Source of the DNA: a virus
Lineage: Duplodnaviria > Caudoviricetes
Direction: 5' to 3' (one strand)
Virus record (IMG/VR): IMGVR_UViG_3300012942_000076
Span: 1 to 41,384 of that record
DNA: 41,384 nucleotides
Both the position numbers and the translations under genes were made by a program. Positions 41,262-41,384 of this stretch are shown one piece after another. The notes under the pieces are model-generated. The model made no database searches, was not told where the DNA came from, and worked only from the letters and a program-made list of their open reading frames with translations. The first letter of the stretch is position 1. Every line of letters starts with the position of its first letter.

Positions 41262-41384
41262 CTCATCCTGCCGCCACCCTGGCCAAGGTAGGAAGGACAG
41301 CGAGTGCATAACCAATTTGGTTCTTACTGTCAAGCTCTCATCCCTGCCAGTTGGGGAGGATCGCTCAATCTTCCGCCGCCAGCC

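Noticed and set aside
79-41266. Target-site duplication
   Set aside because: CCCGC on the left vs CTCAT on the right: no match at 5 or 6 bp.

Overview
The window is essentially one complete Mu-like (transposable, contractile-tailed) phage genome of about 41.2 kb. It runs from 5'-TG at 84 to CA-3' at 41261, with imperfect terminal inverted repeats and repeated transposase-binding-like sites. The short flanks (83 bp and 123 bp) show no target-site duplication. High GC and an alphaproteobacterial GTTC-N7-GTTC LexA box suggest an alphaproteobacterial, probably sphingomonad, host (inference). Gene order: leftward accessory operon and CI-like repressor; ner, ParB-like and early genes; MuA and MuB; gemA; Mor/C activator; lysis genes interrupted by an SGNH-esterase cassette; terminase, portal, MuF, protease/scaffold and capsid; contractile tail, baseplate and a short fibre; D12 adenine methylase and two small right-end genes. 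No gam, gin/invertible segment or com/mom was recognised. Main observations: (1) five ~11-bp-phased TTGAAAGGG-like tracts spaced about 9-12 kb apart, three of them coinciding with rare codons inside genes; (2) a repressor with a degenerate autocleavage domain near a LexA-boxed YozE-like operon, a candidate SOS antirepressor switch; (3) a MuF gene whose apparent original C-terminal domain is displaced out of frame by an LPD3-like insert; (4) an SGNH esterase cassette inside the lysis block. All family assignments come from motif recognition and synteny, not database searches.
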